From: an uncultured archaeon
GTDB taxonomy: Archaea; Iainarchaeota; Iainarchaeia; Iainarchaeales; DATDZZ01
DNA length: 64,000 bases
Assembly (NCBI GenBank): GCA_964373795.1
Contig: CAYJVY010000001.1
Location: 99,837-163,836 of the forward strand
Direction of reading: 5' to 3'
A model generated the notes under the pieces. It was given only the letters and a program-made list of their open reading frames with translations. It made no database searches and was not told the DNA's origin. This document shows positions 46,187 through 55,662 of this stretch, piece after piece. Each line of letters opens with the position of its first letter. Position 1 is the first letter of the stretch. A program made the translations under genes and the position numbers.

Positions 46187-49100
46187 ACAAATTCAAATAA
46201 ACTTTTTTGAGAAGGTTTATCGTCTTTAAAAATTGAATCAATTTCTAGTTCAGCTAATTCAATTCTTTGCTTTAAATAAGTGCTTAAATCGTAGTTGTAA
46301 ATTATTTGTTTAGCTATTTCTAAATATTTTCTTACAGTTCCTTGAGAGATTGTTAAAATTAATTCATTATTGCATTTAGTGCAAGTGCCTTTTAATGGAA
46401 TTCTTCTATACTTTGAATTGCATTTACTGCATCTAAATTGTTGTCTAGTGAAAGCGCGAGCATTTCCAATAATGTCTGGAAAGAAATGGCTTCTTAAAAC
46501 TCTTTCCAATGCATCTTTTCCTTTCACTGATTTTATTTTGAATTGCAGTTCAGCCTGTCGTTTAATTTTTTCCTCCATTTCTTTTAATTGAGTATACATT
46601 GATTGTTTTGGTCCGGCATCGAATAAAGTTGTTGAATGAGTGAAATTTAATTCAGTGAATTGATTTTCTTTTCCTAGTTTTTTTTGCACTGTTGAAATAA
46701 AATTCAAAAAACTTGTTTCATAGTTTAACGATTTTTCATATAATTCTATTGGATATTCTTTGCATGTCTCCATTGAATAAACTTCATCATCTATTTCTTG
46801 AGGATTTAATGCAACAGTAAAAACTAATGGAGCATCCATTCTTCCCCCGCTTTTATGGCTTAAATATGTTTGACTAAAATTCAATAATGAATCCATTAAC
46901 AACATTATTGAATCTTGATCTCCATCAAAATTTCTTCTTCTACACATTACTGAATATGGATGGCACCACATTAGCAATGCTTTACTGAATCCAATTACTC
47001 TTTGAACTATTCCAGCAGAAGTATGAGGAGCTAATCCAATTACTAGTTCTCCAATTAATTCTTCTTTTGAATTAACTTTATAGTATGGTTCTATTTTGTA
47101 AAATTTTTCAAGTAATTCGTCAATGAATTTACTCATTCTAAGCATCCAAATTCCGGCTTTTTCGTTCACAATTACGTCTTGAGGAAATAATTCAATTAAT
47201 TGTTCTTCTGAAGTAATTTCTTTTCCTTCAAAATCAACTGTATACCCTAATACTTTTACTTTTTCAACTGTTAAACCAATTTCTTTTGGTTTAAAAAAAT
47301 TTAATGGAGCATTTAATAACTCAAACCTGCTTGTCCCATCTCTATAAATATGAATATTGTGTTTTCCTCTTAGAATTCCTTTTTCCAATGGCTCTGGAAT
47401 CTTTGATTCAGCAAATAATCCTTTGACTCCTTTAATTAAGTCAGGCATTCTTTCATCTAAATTTTCAACTGCTTCGCCTAACATTTTTTTTAATTCAATT
47501 TTTCTTTTATTAAATTCACTTAAATTAATTGATCCGCATCCTTTACATCTTTCTCCTTCAACTATTCTCATACAGTCATTGCAAGAATTAACCTTCATTG
47601 TTCTAATTCCACATTCCTTGCAATAATAGTATGGCAAGATTTTTTCGCATTTCATGCATTTAAATAAAGCTATTTCTACTTCTATTACTCCTTCTTGTAA
47701 AGACTTTTTATCAATGTCATTCATTGCTTTGTTAATGCTTCTAGTTGGCCCTCCTTTTAATGCAATTGGAAACAATATATGTGGATTGCCTTTCATTTGC
47801 CTTTCTTTAGCTGCTTCTGGTCGCCCCATTCTTGCTCCAATAAATGTTCCACATTTATCCATTATTTTTACTCCGCTAATTTTGCTTAAAGATTCTAACA
47901 CGTTTTCTGAAACTAATTCCAAAACTTTTTCATTAAAAAACCCAAAACAAGTTAAAACATTTTTTGCGTGTTTTTCTTCAATAACTATTTTTCCGTCAAT
48001 TATTTTATGCTCTAATCCAATTAATTCTAATAAGGGTTTGATTTTTTCACTTACTTTTACTTGAATAATTCTTTCATCAAGTGATTCGATTTCCGCGTTT
48101 TTGAATTCATTAATTAATTCAATTAAATCTTTTTTAGACAAAATCTTGTAATAATAAATAAATTTTGGATGCAACGGAATTCCAAAATCTTTCGAAAGTT
48201 TGAAAGCAAAATCAAAATTCAATTCGTTTTCTCTTCCATTATTTGCAATTAATTTTTCAATTTCAACATTAAAATTATTTGAAGTAACTGCTTTTTTTAG
48301 GTCTTGAATCCACCATTCTTCAACATATGCACTTGGCACTAAAGGATGAGCTGTTTTTTTGAAATCCCCTAAAGTAACTAGAATATCTCCTAGGAAAAGG
48401 ATTTGCTCTAATTGAGGTTTAAGTTTCTCTGCTAATTCAATTGAATTTACTTGAATTACTTCCCCATTTTTTAATTTAATTATTGGGCCATCAATTGAAT
48501 CGCATGGAAATAATTGGGCTGCTTTTCCTGGGCGTTCAATTCTAATATGTGTTCCAACTGCAATGAATTCATCCAGTAAATACATTAAAGCTGGATTAAT
48601 TGCTTTAGCCATGCAACCAGTATTTCTTGCTTTTCCATATCTTAATCTAAACCCTCCAAAAGCACTTGGATATGCTAGTAAAGGCCTGCCTGCAGCCAAG
48701 CCTTCCAAGTATTTATCTGTTGGAGTTATTTCAGTTATTTTGTCTGCTGTTTTTTCAACCTTAATTATTTTTTCCAACCATTTCCAATCTAAGCTTAACT
48801 GGTTTGCCCAACTCAAAATCTTCATTGCTTTTAATGCAACTCCTTCTGATACAACTAAAGCCATTCCTCCTCTAATCCTGTTTGAAGGAATTCTGTCAAT
48901 ATTTCTATGAACTGAAACTTCTCTTTCTTCTGTTGGAATTCCATTAATGCATATAGGGCATCCTCTAATAATTGTTTTAATTTCTTCTTCCGGAACCTTG
49001 TATTGTCGAGAAATGATTTCAGTTTGATAAATCATTATTTCTTCTACATATCTTTCAACTTCTTCTTCTGTTGGTTTATATCTGTCAATGTCTAATAAGC

Positions 49101-49617
49101 TTCTAGCATAATCTGCTAAAATTAATGGAATAACTGTTGCACTTCCTCCTGCTGCTCTAATTGGTCCAGAAAAGTATACATCAATGTATTTAGTTCCATC
49201 CAGGTTTTTTGAAATTAATACTTTTGGCAATCCATCTAATGGAGATACAACTACTCCTTCAGTCATTAACACTAGTCCTGATTTAATTGCTAATTCAATT
49301 CTTTTCTGCAAATCAGGAATTTGAATCCATTTTTGTTCAATTAGTTCTCTAAAGATTTGAAACAAGGACTGCATTCTGTCTCCATTGTTTTCATTTAATA
49401 CTTCTCTATATCTTTTAGCAATTCCTGGTGGGCCACAAATTTTTTCTGCTCTTTCAGCTAAATCAGTTACAGGTAATGATTCAACTTCAGTTGAAACGTC
49501 AAATCCTTTTTCTCTAGCTTTTTTTGCTAACTCAAATTGCTTTTCAACTCTTGAAGAAATTAGTTCAAAGTATTTTTTTGTTTTTGCATCGCAAGGCCAT
49601 TTAATTTTTCCAATCAT
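46183..49617 (-). CDS. polC: DNA polymerase II (PolD) large catalytic subunit DP2, intein-free
   Basis: 1144 aa. Double-psi beta-barrel catalytic region and multiple Zn-binding Cys clusters (CNDCMRIVEGERCKGCG, CSKCNSKYRRIPLKGTCTKCN). Confidence 0.9.
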   Translation of the reverse strand: MIGKIKWPCDAKTKKYFELISSRVEKQFELAKKAREKGFDVSTEVESLPVTDLAERAEKICGPPGIAKRYREVLNENNGDRMQSLFQIFRELIEQKWIQIPDLQKRIELAIKSGLVLMTEGVVVSPLDGLPKVLISKNLDGTKYIDVYFSGPIRAAGGSATVIPLILADYARSLLDIDRYKPTEEEVERYVEEIMIYQTEIISRQYKVPEEEIKTIIRGCPICINGIPTEEREVSVHRNIDRIPSNRIRGGMALVVSEGVALKAMKILSWANQLSLDWKWLEKIIKVEKTADKITEITPTDKYLEGLAAGRPLLAYPSAFGGFRLRYGKARNTGCMAKAINPALMYLLDEFIAVGTHIRIERPGKAAQLFPCDSIDGPIIKLKNGEVIQVNSIELAEKLKPQLEQILFLGDILVTLGDFKKTAHPLVPSAYVEEWWIQDLKKAVTSNNFNVEIEKLIANNGRENELNFDFAFKLSKDFGIPLHPKFIYYYKILSKKDLIELINEFKNAEIESLDERIIQVKVSEKIKPLLELIGLEHKIIDGKIVIEEKHAKNVLTCFGFFNEKVLELVSENVLESLSKISGVKIMDKCGTFIGARMGRPEAAKERQMKGNPHILFPIALKGGPTRSINKAMNDIDKKSLQEGVIEVEIALFKCMKCEKILPYYYCKECGIRTMKVNSCNDCMRIVEGERCKGCGSINLSEFNKRKIELKKMLGEAVENLDERMPDLIKGVKGLFAESKIPEPLEKGILRGKHNIHIYRDGTSRFELLNAPLNFFKPKEIGLTVEKVKVLGYTVDFEGKEITSEEQLIELFPQDVIVNEKAGIWMLRMSKFIDELLEKFYKIEPYYKVNSKEELIGELVIGLAPHTSAGIVQRVIGFSKALLMWCHPYSVMCRRRNFDGDQDSIMLLMDSLLNFSQTYLSHKSGGRMDAPLVFTVALNPQEIDDEVYSMETCKEYPIELYEKSLNYETSFLNFISTVQKKLGKENQFTELNFTHSTTLFDAGPKQSMYTQLKEMEEKIKRQAELQFKIKSVKGKDALERVLRSHFFPDIIGNARAFTRQQFRCSKCNSKYRRIPLKGTCTKCNNELILTISQGTVRKYLEIAKQIIYNYDLSTYLKQRIELAELEIDSIFKDDKPSQKSLFEFV

Positions 49618-49718
49618 TCAAGGTCACGCCCCTTGAGTGCGAATCACTTGAGTGTGAATCAAACACTCTTTCAAGGCAATTAATTAGTAAATAAATTTGA
49701 ATGAAAGAAAATAAAAGC

Positions 49719-51251
49719 CTACTCTATTTTTTCATTAAAGAAATAGTTTTCAATTATTTTCATTGTTTTTAGTTCTAGCACTGGAACTACTCCTGGAGTA
49801 GGAGTGTGTCCTTTGCTTACTTGAAAGTCAGTTCTATTTTGCCAAGTGCCATTATTAATTATTAGTGTTCCTCTGTAATTTCCATATCCATTGTGATGCA
49901 TGTCTCCACCTATATAAATATCTGGAGCGCTTTTTAATACTAGAAAATCTTTTTTTTCTGGAGCATAAGTTTGCCTTAAACCATAAGTTCCTCCAACAGT
50001 TCCTCTTCTTAATGCATCCATTATTGCTAGTTGAGGCTTGTTTGGATTTAAATAACTTAATTGAGAATAAAGGTCGTGTAATGCTCCTCCATGATATGCT
50101 AAAACAGTTAATCCTTCTAATTCAATCCATGAAGGGTTTCCAATTAAATGGAAATTCTTTAATTCACTTAATTCTGGTAGAAACTCTTTTGCAATTGCTG
50201 GTTGAGGTTCAGCTCTTCTTACTGCATCGTGTTGTCCTGGTATTAAAAATACTTCAATGTATTCAGGGACTTGCTTAATTAATTCTTGAAACCTAGTGTA
50301 TTGTCCGTAAATGTTTTGGATACTTAGTTCTTTGCTTTGCCCTGGATAGACTCCTATTCCGTCAACTAAGTCTCCTGTAATAATTAAATATTTTATTTTT
50401 CCAACTTTTTCTTGTTCTTTTCTATCCCCAATTTTTCCATTCAACCATTCAATGAATCTAATGAATTCTTTTTCAAGAAAAAGTTTTGAGCCAACATGAA
50501 TATCTGAAATAGTGCATAAACTTAAATCTCTTTCAGCTGTTTTTATTGGCTTCATTGGAAGCTCTGGATAAAACACTTGCTTTATTATTATCATGTCTCC
50601 TTGGCCTTTAATTCCCTTAATTCCTATTACATCATCTAAAAGAATTTTTTCTGCTTCCCTCATTAAACTTGCGTCATCTTTTAAAATTAATGCAATTGCC
50701 TCTCCTTCTAAATCCTCTACTTTAAAGCATACATGCCCATTTTTTGAAACCCATTTCTTTGAAACCATTGCAATTAAATCCACTTCATTTCCTTTACTGA
50801 TTCTATTCAATCTAGAAGTTGTTTTCGGATTTAATCCAATTCTTTTCTTTAAAACATTTTTTAATGAATCAAATTTATCTCTAAACAAGGAAACAAAGTC
50901 TTCAATTATTCCTTCACTATTGCTTTGCCCTGTTACATCAAATTCTTGCAAAATTCTGTAATTTGGTTTAAGTTCTCTTGCAATTGGCTTAAAAAAATTT
51001 GAATAAACTTCAACTTCTTTTTGCAACTCAATTTTGGTTTCTTTTCTAATTAAATAGTCTTGAACTATTTTTGTGTCAATTAAATAATTGTTTTTTTCAA
51101 TTAATTCATCTAATACTTGTTTAAAATTTTCTTTTTCTAACAAGACTTGAACTGCATCTAAAGTAATAATAATATTTTTTTGAGTTGCATAATCTATCAC
51201 TTCTTTACTTGAAACCTGTTTTAAAACATTTACTGATTCCAAAGCAATCAA
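49719..51251 (-). CDS. polB: DNA polymerase II (PolD) small subunit DP1 (calcineurin-like phosphoesterase)
   Basis: MPE phosphoesterase motifs ISDIHVGS, ITGDLVDG, GNHD-equivalent GQHDA. N-terminal OB/DP2-interaction region. 510 aa. Confidence 0.85.
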   Translation of the reverse strand: MIALESVNVLKQVSSKEVIDYATQKNIIITLDAVQVLLEKENFKQVLDELIEKNNYLIDTKIVQDYLIRKETKIELQKEVEVYSNFFKPIARELKPNYRILQEFDVTGQSNSEGIIEDFVSLFRDKFDSLKNVLKKRIGLNPKTTSRLNRISKGNEVDLIAMVSKKWVSKNGHVCFKVEDLEGEAIALILKDDASLMREAEKILLDDVIGIKGIKGQGDMIIIKQVFYPELPMKPIKTAERDLSLCTISDIHVGSKLFLEKEFIRFIEWLNGKIGDRKEQEKVGKIKYLIITGDLVDGIGVYPGQSKELSIQNIYGQYTRFQELIKQVPEYIEVFLIPGQHDAVRRAEPQPAIAKEFLPELSELKNFHLIGNPSWIELEGLTVLAYHGGALHDLYSQLSYLNPNKPQLAIMDALRRGTVGGTYGLRQTYAPEKKDFLVLKSAPDIYIGGDMHHNGYGNYRGTLIINNGTWQNRTDFQVSKGHTPTPGVVPVLELKTMKIIENYFFNEKIE

Positions 51252-51255
51252 CTAC

Positions 51256-51510
51256 TTATTTTACTTTTTCTTTTAATGCCTCTAAACTTGAAATAATAGT
51301 CCAAATATCTGTTCTAGTATGAGAAGGCATGTTAATGTCATTACTTATGTCATCCAATAAATAAACAGCTGCACTTATCGTAGTAGAACTAATTTCTTTC
51401 TTAATTTTTTCTTTTGCTTCTTCAACTGCTCTTCTAATATTTCTTGGAACACTATGATCGCCAATTAAGTTCTCCATTAATTCAATTAATTCAGTTGCTT
51501 CTGCAGTCAT
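51256..51510 (-). CDS. Small conserved archaeal protein (UPF0147-like)
   Basis: 84 aa helical. Family recalled only by size and position next to PolD. Confidence 0.35.
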   Translation of the reverse strand: MTAEATELIELMENLIGDHSVPRNIRRAVEEAKEKIKKEISSTTISAAVYLLDDISNDINMPSHTRTDIWTIISSLEALKEKVK

Positions 51511-51564
51511 TCAACCACCTCCAAAAAGCTACAAATAGAGTTTAATTTCTTTAATTGATATGAA

Positions 51565-52221
51565 TTATTTTTCACGAACCCATTTTAAAATGATTTCCAG
51601 GTTTTTGAGTTGTTCTTGTAATTCATTTACCTTGCTTTGAAGAGTTTGAATATTCTTATTAGAGGTTTCCAATCTAAAATTTCTTAATTCTTGAGCGTAT
51701 TTTGCAACTCTTTTATCTTTTCTATACACAATTGAAGTTAAAACAGTTTCAGTTAATTGTTTCCTGTAATCCAAGTCGTTTACAAACATTGAAATCATTG
51801 GCCTGTATTTTGGTTCGGCAATCATTTGAACAGGTAATTTAACTGATTCAACATCTTTTCTATAATCTTCATCAGTTAAAGACTTTGTTAAATGCTGCCA
51901 ATAAAGTTTGTCAAAAAACTTGAATGCATGAGTTTTAACATTATAAATTTTAGCTAAATTAAATTTGTTTTCCCATTCAGATTTTTTTTTACTAAACATT
52001 TCAAGGTTTTTTTTTAATTCATTTATTTGATGCATTAACCTAAAAGGACTTGGATAACTAATTTTTGGCCATGCATCGTTTTGAGAAACAGCTGAAACAA
52101 CTCCTCCTAACTTGAAATAGTTTTTTAATGCAGTTATTCTGGGATTATTTTCATCTATTTCCTTAATTGAAGGAAAAGTTTTTTGAAAAGTATCAAACGA
52201 AGAAATTATTTCTCCAGCCAT
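51565..52221 (-). CDS. Hypothetical protein
   Basis: 218-aa ORF, C-terminal coiled coil. Confidence 0.4.
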   Translation of the reverse strand: MAGEIISSFDTFQKTFPSIKEIDENNPRITALKNYFKLGGVVSAVSQNDAWPKISYPSPFRLMHQINELKKNLEMFSKKKSEWENKFNLAKIYNVKTHAFKFFDKLYWQHLTKSLTDEDYRKDVESVKLPVQMIAEPKYRPMISMFVNDLDYRKQLTETVLTSIVYRKDKRVAKYAQELRNFRLETSNKNIQTLQSKVNELQEQLKNLEIILKWVREK

Positions 52222-52288
52222 AACTTATTAATATCTTGACTCATTAATAAATTTAATGGATATTTATATTTTTATTAGAGGTGAATAA

Positions 52289-52621
52289 ATGTTTCCTGGA
52301 ATAGGTGGAATGAATCCAACCCAAATGAAATCCTTAATGAAGCAATTAGGAATTAAATCTCAAGACTTGAAAGCAAAAAAAGCAGTATTCGAATTAGACG
52401 ACAAGCTTTTAGTAATAGACAATCCTCAAATAACTTTAATTGAAATGCAAGGCGTTAAAACATTTCAAGTAATAGGAGAAGCAAAAGAAGAATCCAAAGG
52501 CTTCCCGGAAGATGACATTAAATTAGTTGCAGAACAAGCAAATGTTTCATTAGAAGAAGCAAAAAAAGCCTTGCAAAAAACAAATGGAGATATTGCTCAA
52601 GCAATAAACGATTTAAAATAA
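52289..52621 (+). CDS. nac: Nascent polypeptide-associated complex alpha subunit
   Basis: NAC domain (KKAVFELDDKLLVIDNPQITLIEMQGVKTFQV) and C-terminal UBA (LEEAKKALQKTNGDIAQAINDL). Confidence 0.75.
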   Translation: MFPGIGGMNPTQMKSLMKQLGIKSQDLKAKKAVFELDDKLLVIDNPQITLIEMQGVKTFQVIGEAKEESKGFPEDDIKLVAEQANVSLEEAKKALQKTNGDIAQAINDLK

Positions 52622-52623
52622 TT

Positions 52624-54018
52624 TTATTTTTCTTCCCTGAATTCTATTACAATTATTTCGTTCACTACTGCAATAAATTCAATTAATGCATTTAAGTCTT
52701 CTAATTCTTTGTGTCCTACTTCAATAAATCCATTTACTTCATTTGATTTTTGTTTCAAGAAATAATTTTTGTCGTTAACTTGAATTTGATTTGAATCAAG
52801 TTCAGTTAAAGCTTGTTGTTTGAATTCCTTTAAAGAAGCATTTAATGGCAACAACTCAATTACTTGTTTTTTGAATTCAACTGCGTTCTTTGTTTTCAGG
52901 CTTGCATCAACTCCAATTAATTGTTTTGGTTCATTCAATTCATACTCTGAAAAATTTAAGTCACTAAATTTTTGTTTAATGCTTTGCTTTAATTCTTCAT
53001 AATTTGCATCTAAATTAAACGCAACAAGTATTACTGGTTTGTTTAGAAGAGTATTTGCTTCAACTTTATTTACATCTTTCACTTCTTCCATTGCTTTACT
53101 TAATTCATTTATTTTATTTGAATCAAATGAATTTAAATCAATTGAAATTATTGGATTAAATTTTTTTGCTTCAATTAAAACAGAGTTAACATCACTTAAT
53201 TTTTCTAAACCTGTTTTAAATGAATTCACGTCTAATGTAGGCAATGTTTTTTCAAAAGTGAAAATAGTTCTAGGCTTTAATTCTTTTAACTTAATTGTTT
53301 TCTGAAATGACTCTTGAACAGGAGTTCGAGTAACATTGTTTACTTCAATTCCAATTATTTGCAGTAATTGTTCTCCATTAAAAGAAGCTTGTTCAACTAA
53401 ATTTATTTCATCTTGTTCTTCTGTTTCCAGTCTTACAAAACCTGGAACAATATTTGAATCAAATTCATGAATTCTTTGAATTGATTCATCTTCAGTTGAA
53501 ATGAATTTAACTTTTTTTGGTACTTCAATTAATGCACTGCTTAAAACCTCGAAATTAAAAAGCATTAAAGCTTTTTCTTGAATTTCTTCAACTATTTCTC
53601 TTTTAGTTCTTTGAGATTCATCTAACGAAATTTGTGCAACGTACAACAAATTTATTCCACTTAAACCTTGCTGTGGAAGCTGTCTGTAATTAGATGAAAG
53701 ATTTGCTACTCCTTTTACTTGCAGTATTGCTGAATCAATTGATTGTTTTTCTGCTTCTTCAGTTCTAGCAGTTAAAATAATGTTTGGATTAATTTCTTGA
53801 ACTCTTCCAGTTACTTCTTCTGATCTGAATACCTCTATTCTGTTTTGATTAATTAAAGGCAAGTTTTGATCCTGGTTTTGAGGGGGTTGTCCTCTTACAT
53901 CTGTTGGATCTTGTTGATTGTCTTGATTATTTCCTGAACTTAATTGAATTCCAATTCCAATGCTTGAAGCCAAGAACAAAGCAACAATAAATAAACTCAT
54001 TAATTGTTTTGAATCCAT
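52624..54018 (-). CDS. Secreted hypothetical protein with signal peptide
   Basis: 464 aa, N-terminal hydrophobic segment, Gln/Asn-rich linker. Confidence 0.4.
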   Translation of the reverse strand: MDSKQLMSLFIVALFLASSIGIGIQLSSGNNQDNQQDPTDVRGQPPQNQDQNLPLINQNRIEVFRSEEVTGRVQEINPNIILTARTEEAEKQSIDSAILQVKGVANLSSNYRQLPQQGLSGINLLYVAQISLDESQRTKREIVEEIQEKALMLFNFEVLSSALIEVPKKVKFISTEDESIQRIHEFDSNIVPGFVRLETEEQDEINLVEQASFNGEQLLQIIGIEVNNVTRTPVQESFQKTIKLKELKPRTIFTFEKTLPTLDVNSFKTGLEKLSDVNSVLIEAKKFNPIISIDLNSFDSNKINELSKAMEEVKDVNKVEANTLLNKPVILVAFNLDANYEELKQSIKQKFSDLNFSEYELNEPKQLIGVDASLKTKNAVEFKKQVIELLPLNASLKEFKQQALTELDSNQIQVNDKNYFLKQKSNEVNGFIEVGHKELEDLNALIEFIAVVNEIIVIEFREEK

Positions 54019-54144
54019 TTAAATCATTTAGAATAATACAATAATTAGTTTCATTACCTATTTTAATTTATTTTAATTGTTATTGCATTTATTTTTAAAT
54101 CTTCTATTAAATTAATGTATATATAATTTCTTTAAAAACTATTT

Positions 54145-54867
54145 TTGAATTTTATAGATGGTGAATTTATGGTGGAAAAAGGTGAAATGGTTTTAATTTC
54201 CTTTGAAGGAAAAGACCTTGTAACTGGAAAAGTTTTTGATACAACTAGTGAAGAAACAGCTAAAAAAGAAGGGATTTTCAGAGAAGGAAGCATATTCAAA
54301 CCAATTCCAGTTGTAATTGGAAAAGGAGAATTAGTTCAAGGCCTTGAAGAAGCACTTCAAGAAATGAAGATAGGAGAAGAAAGAGTTTTAGATATTTCTC
54401 CTGAAAAAGGTTTTGGAGAAAGAAACCCTGAACTAGTTAGAGTAATTCCTTTAAATGAATTCAAAAAAAGAAATGTAACTCCTGCAACTGGAATGGTTGT
54501 AGACATTAACAACATGTATGGAAAAATTCAAAGCATTTCAGGAGGAAGGGTTAGAGTTGACTTTAACCCTGATTTAGCTGGAAGAGCAGTTCAATACAAG
54601 TTAAAAATTGAAAAAAAACTTGATTCATCTGAAGAAAAATCTAAAGCCTTGTTTGAAAAATATTTTCCTTTCATGAAACAAGAGAATTGTAAATTAATTG
54701 GAGATTGTTTTGAAGCAAGCCTTGACACTAAAATCGCGCCTCAAATAGGGCAATTAAAACATGTTTTCGCGCAAACCTTGCTTGAATTTGTTCCTGAAGT
54801 GAAAAAAGTTAAATTCGTTGAAGAATTCAACGAAGATTCATTTAAATCAAACAAAAACAAAAAATAG
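54145..54867 (+). CDS. FKBP-type peptidyl-prolyl cis-trans isomerase (long archaeal type with IF domain)
   Basis: FKBP core VLISFEGKDLVTGKVFDTT...PIPVVIGKGELVQGLEEAL. Confidence 0.75.
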   Translation: MNFIDGEFMVEKGEMVLISFEGKDLVTGKVFDTTSEETAKKEGIFREGSIFKPIPVVIGKGELVQGLEEALQEMKIGEERVLDISPEKGFGERNPELVRVIPLNEFKKRNVTPATGMVVDINNMYGKIQSISGGRVRVDFNPDLAGRAVQYKLKIEKKLDSSEEKSKALFEKYFPFMKQENCKLIGDCFEASLDTKIAPQIGQLKHVFAQTLLEFVPEVKKVKFVEEFNEDSFKSNKNKK

Positions 54868-54953
54868 TTTTAATTTTGAATTATTTGAGTAAGCTATTTA
54901 AACATTTATGTTCCTAAAATTAATTGGTTCACCGACTAATTGTAGATGATTAA

Positions 54954-55577
54954 ATGAATAAAACCATGGAAACTGGGACAACAACTGTTGGCTTAGTATT
55001 CAAAGACGGAGTAATTCTTTCCTCTGATATGAAGGCTTCAATGGGGCATTTAAATTACGATGAAGAAGTGAAAAAAGTTTTCAAAATAACTGATTACATG
55101 GGAGTAACAATTGCTGGATCAGTTGGAGATGCTTTAACAATTGTTCGTTTTCTAAAATCCCATGCAAAACTGTTTGAAATTGAAAGAGAAGGAAGACTCA
55201 CTCCAAAAGCAGCAACAGTATTCCTTTCAAATATTTTAAATTCTAATAGATATTATCCTTTCCTAGTTCAATTAATTGTTGGGGGATTTGTTGGCAAACC
55301 ACAATTATATGACATTGATCCAAGCGGAGGATTACTTGAAAGAAAAAAATTTGCAGTTACAGGAAGCGGAACAGAACTAGCTTTAAGTGTCTTAGACGAC
55401 AACTATAAAGATGATTTAAACGAAGAACAAGCAATTAAAGTAGTAGTAAAAGCAATTGAAGCTGCTAAAAAAAGAGACAATTATTCTGGCGGAGTAGCAA
55501 TTAATTTAATGATTATAAACAAAGACGGGGTAAAAGAATTAAATTTAAAAGAAGTAAAAAAATATTTAACAAACTAG
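54954..55577 (+). CDS. psmB: Proteasome beta subunit
   Basis: Propeptide then catalytic Thr: GTTTVGLVFKDGVILSSD. Confidence 0.85.
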   Translation: MNKTMETGTTTVGLVFKDGVILSSDMKASMGHLNYDEEVKKVFKITDYMGVTIAGSVGDALTIVRFLKSHAKLFEIEREGRLTPKAATVFLSNILNSNRYYPFLVQLIVGGFVGKPQLYDIDPSGGLLERKKFAVTGSGTELALSVLDDNYKDDLNEEQAIKVVVKAIEAAKKRDNYSGGVAINLMIINKDGVKELNLKEVKKYLTN

Positions 55578-55662
55578 ATTTTTTTTTAATTAAATTTTTT
55601 ATTTTTCTGAATTTTTTTTGGATAGGCTTAATTAAACCAAAGTTTTAAAGAGAGTTGATTAA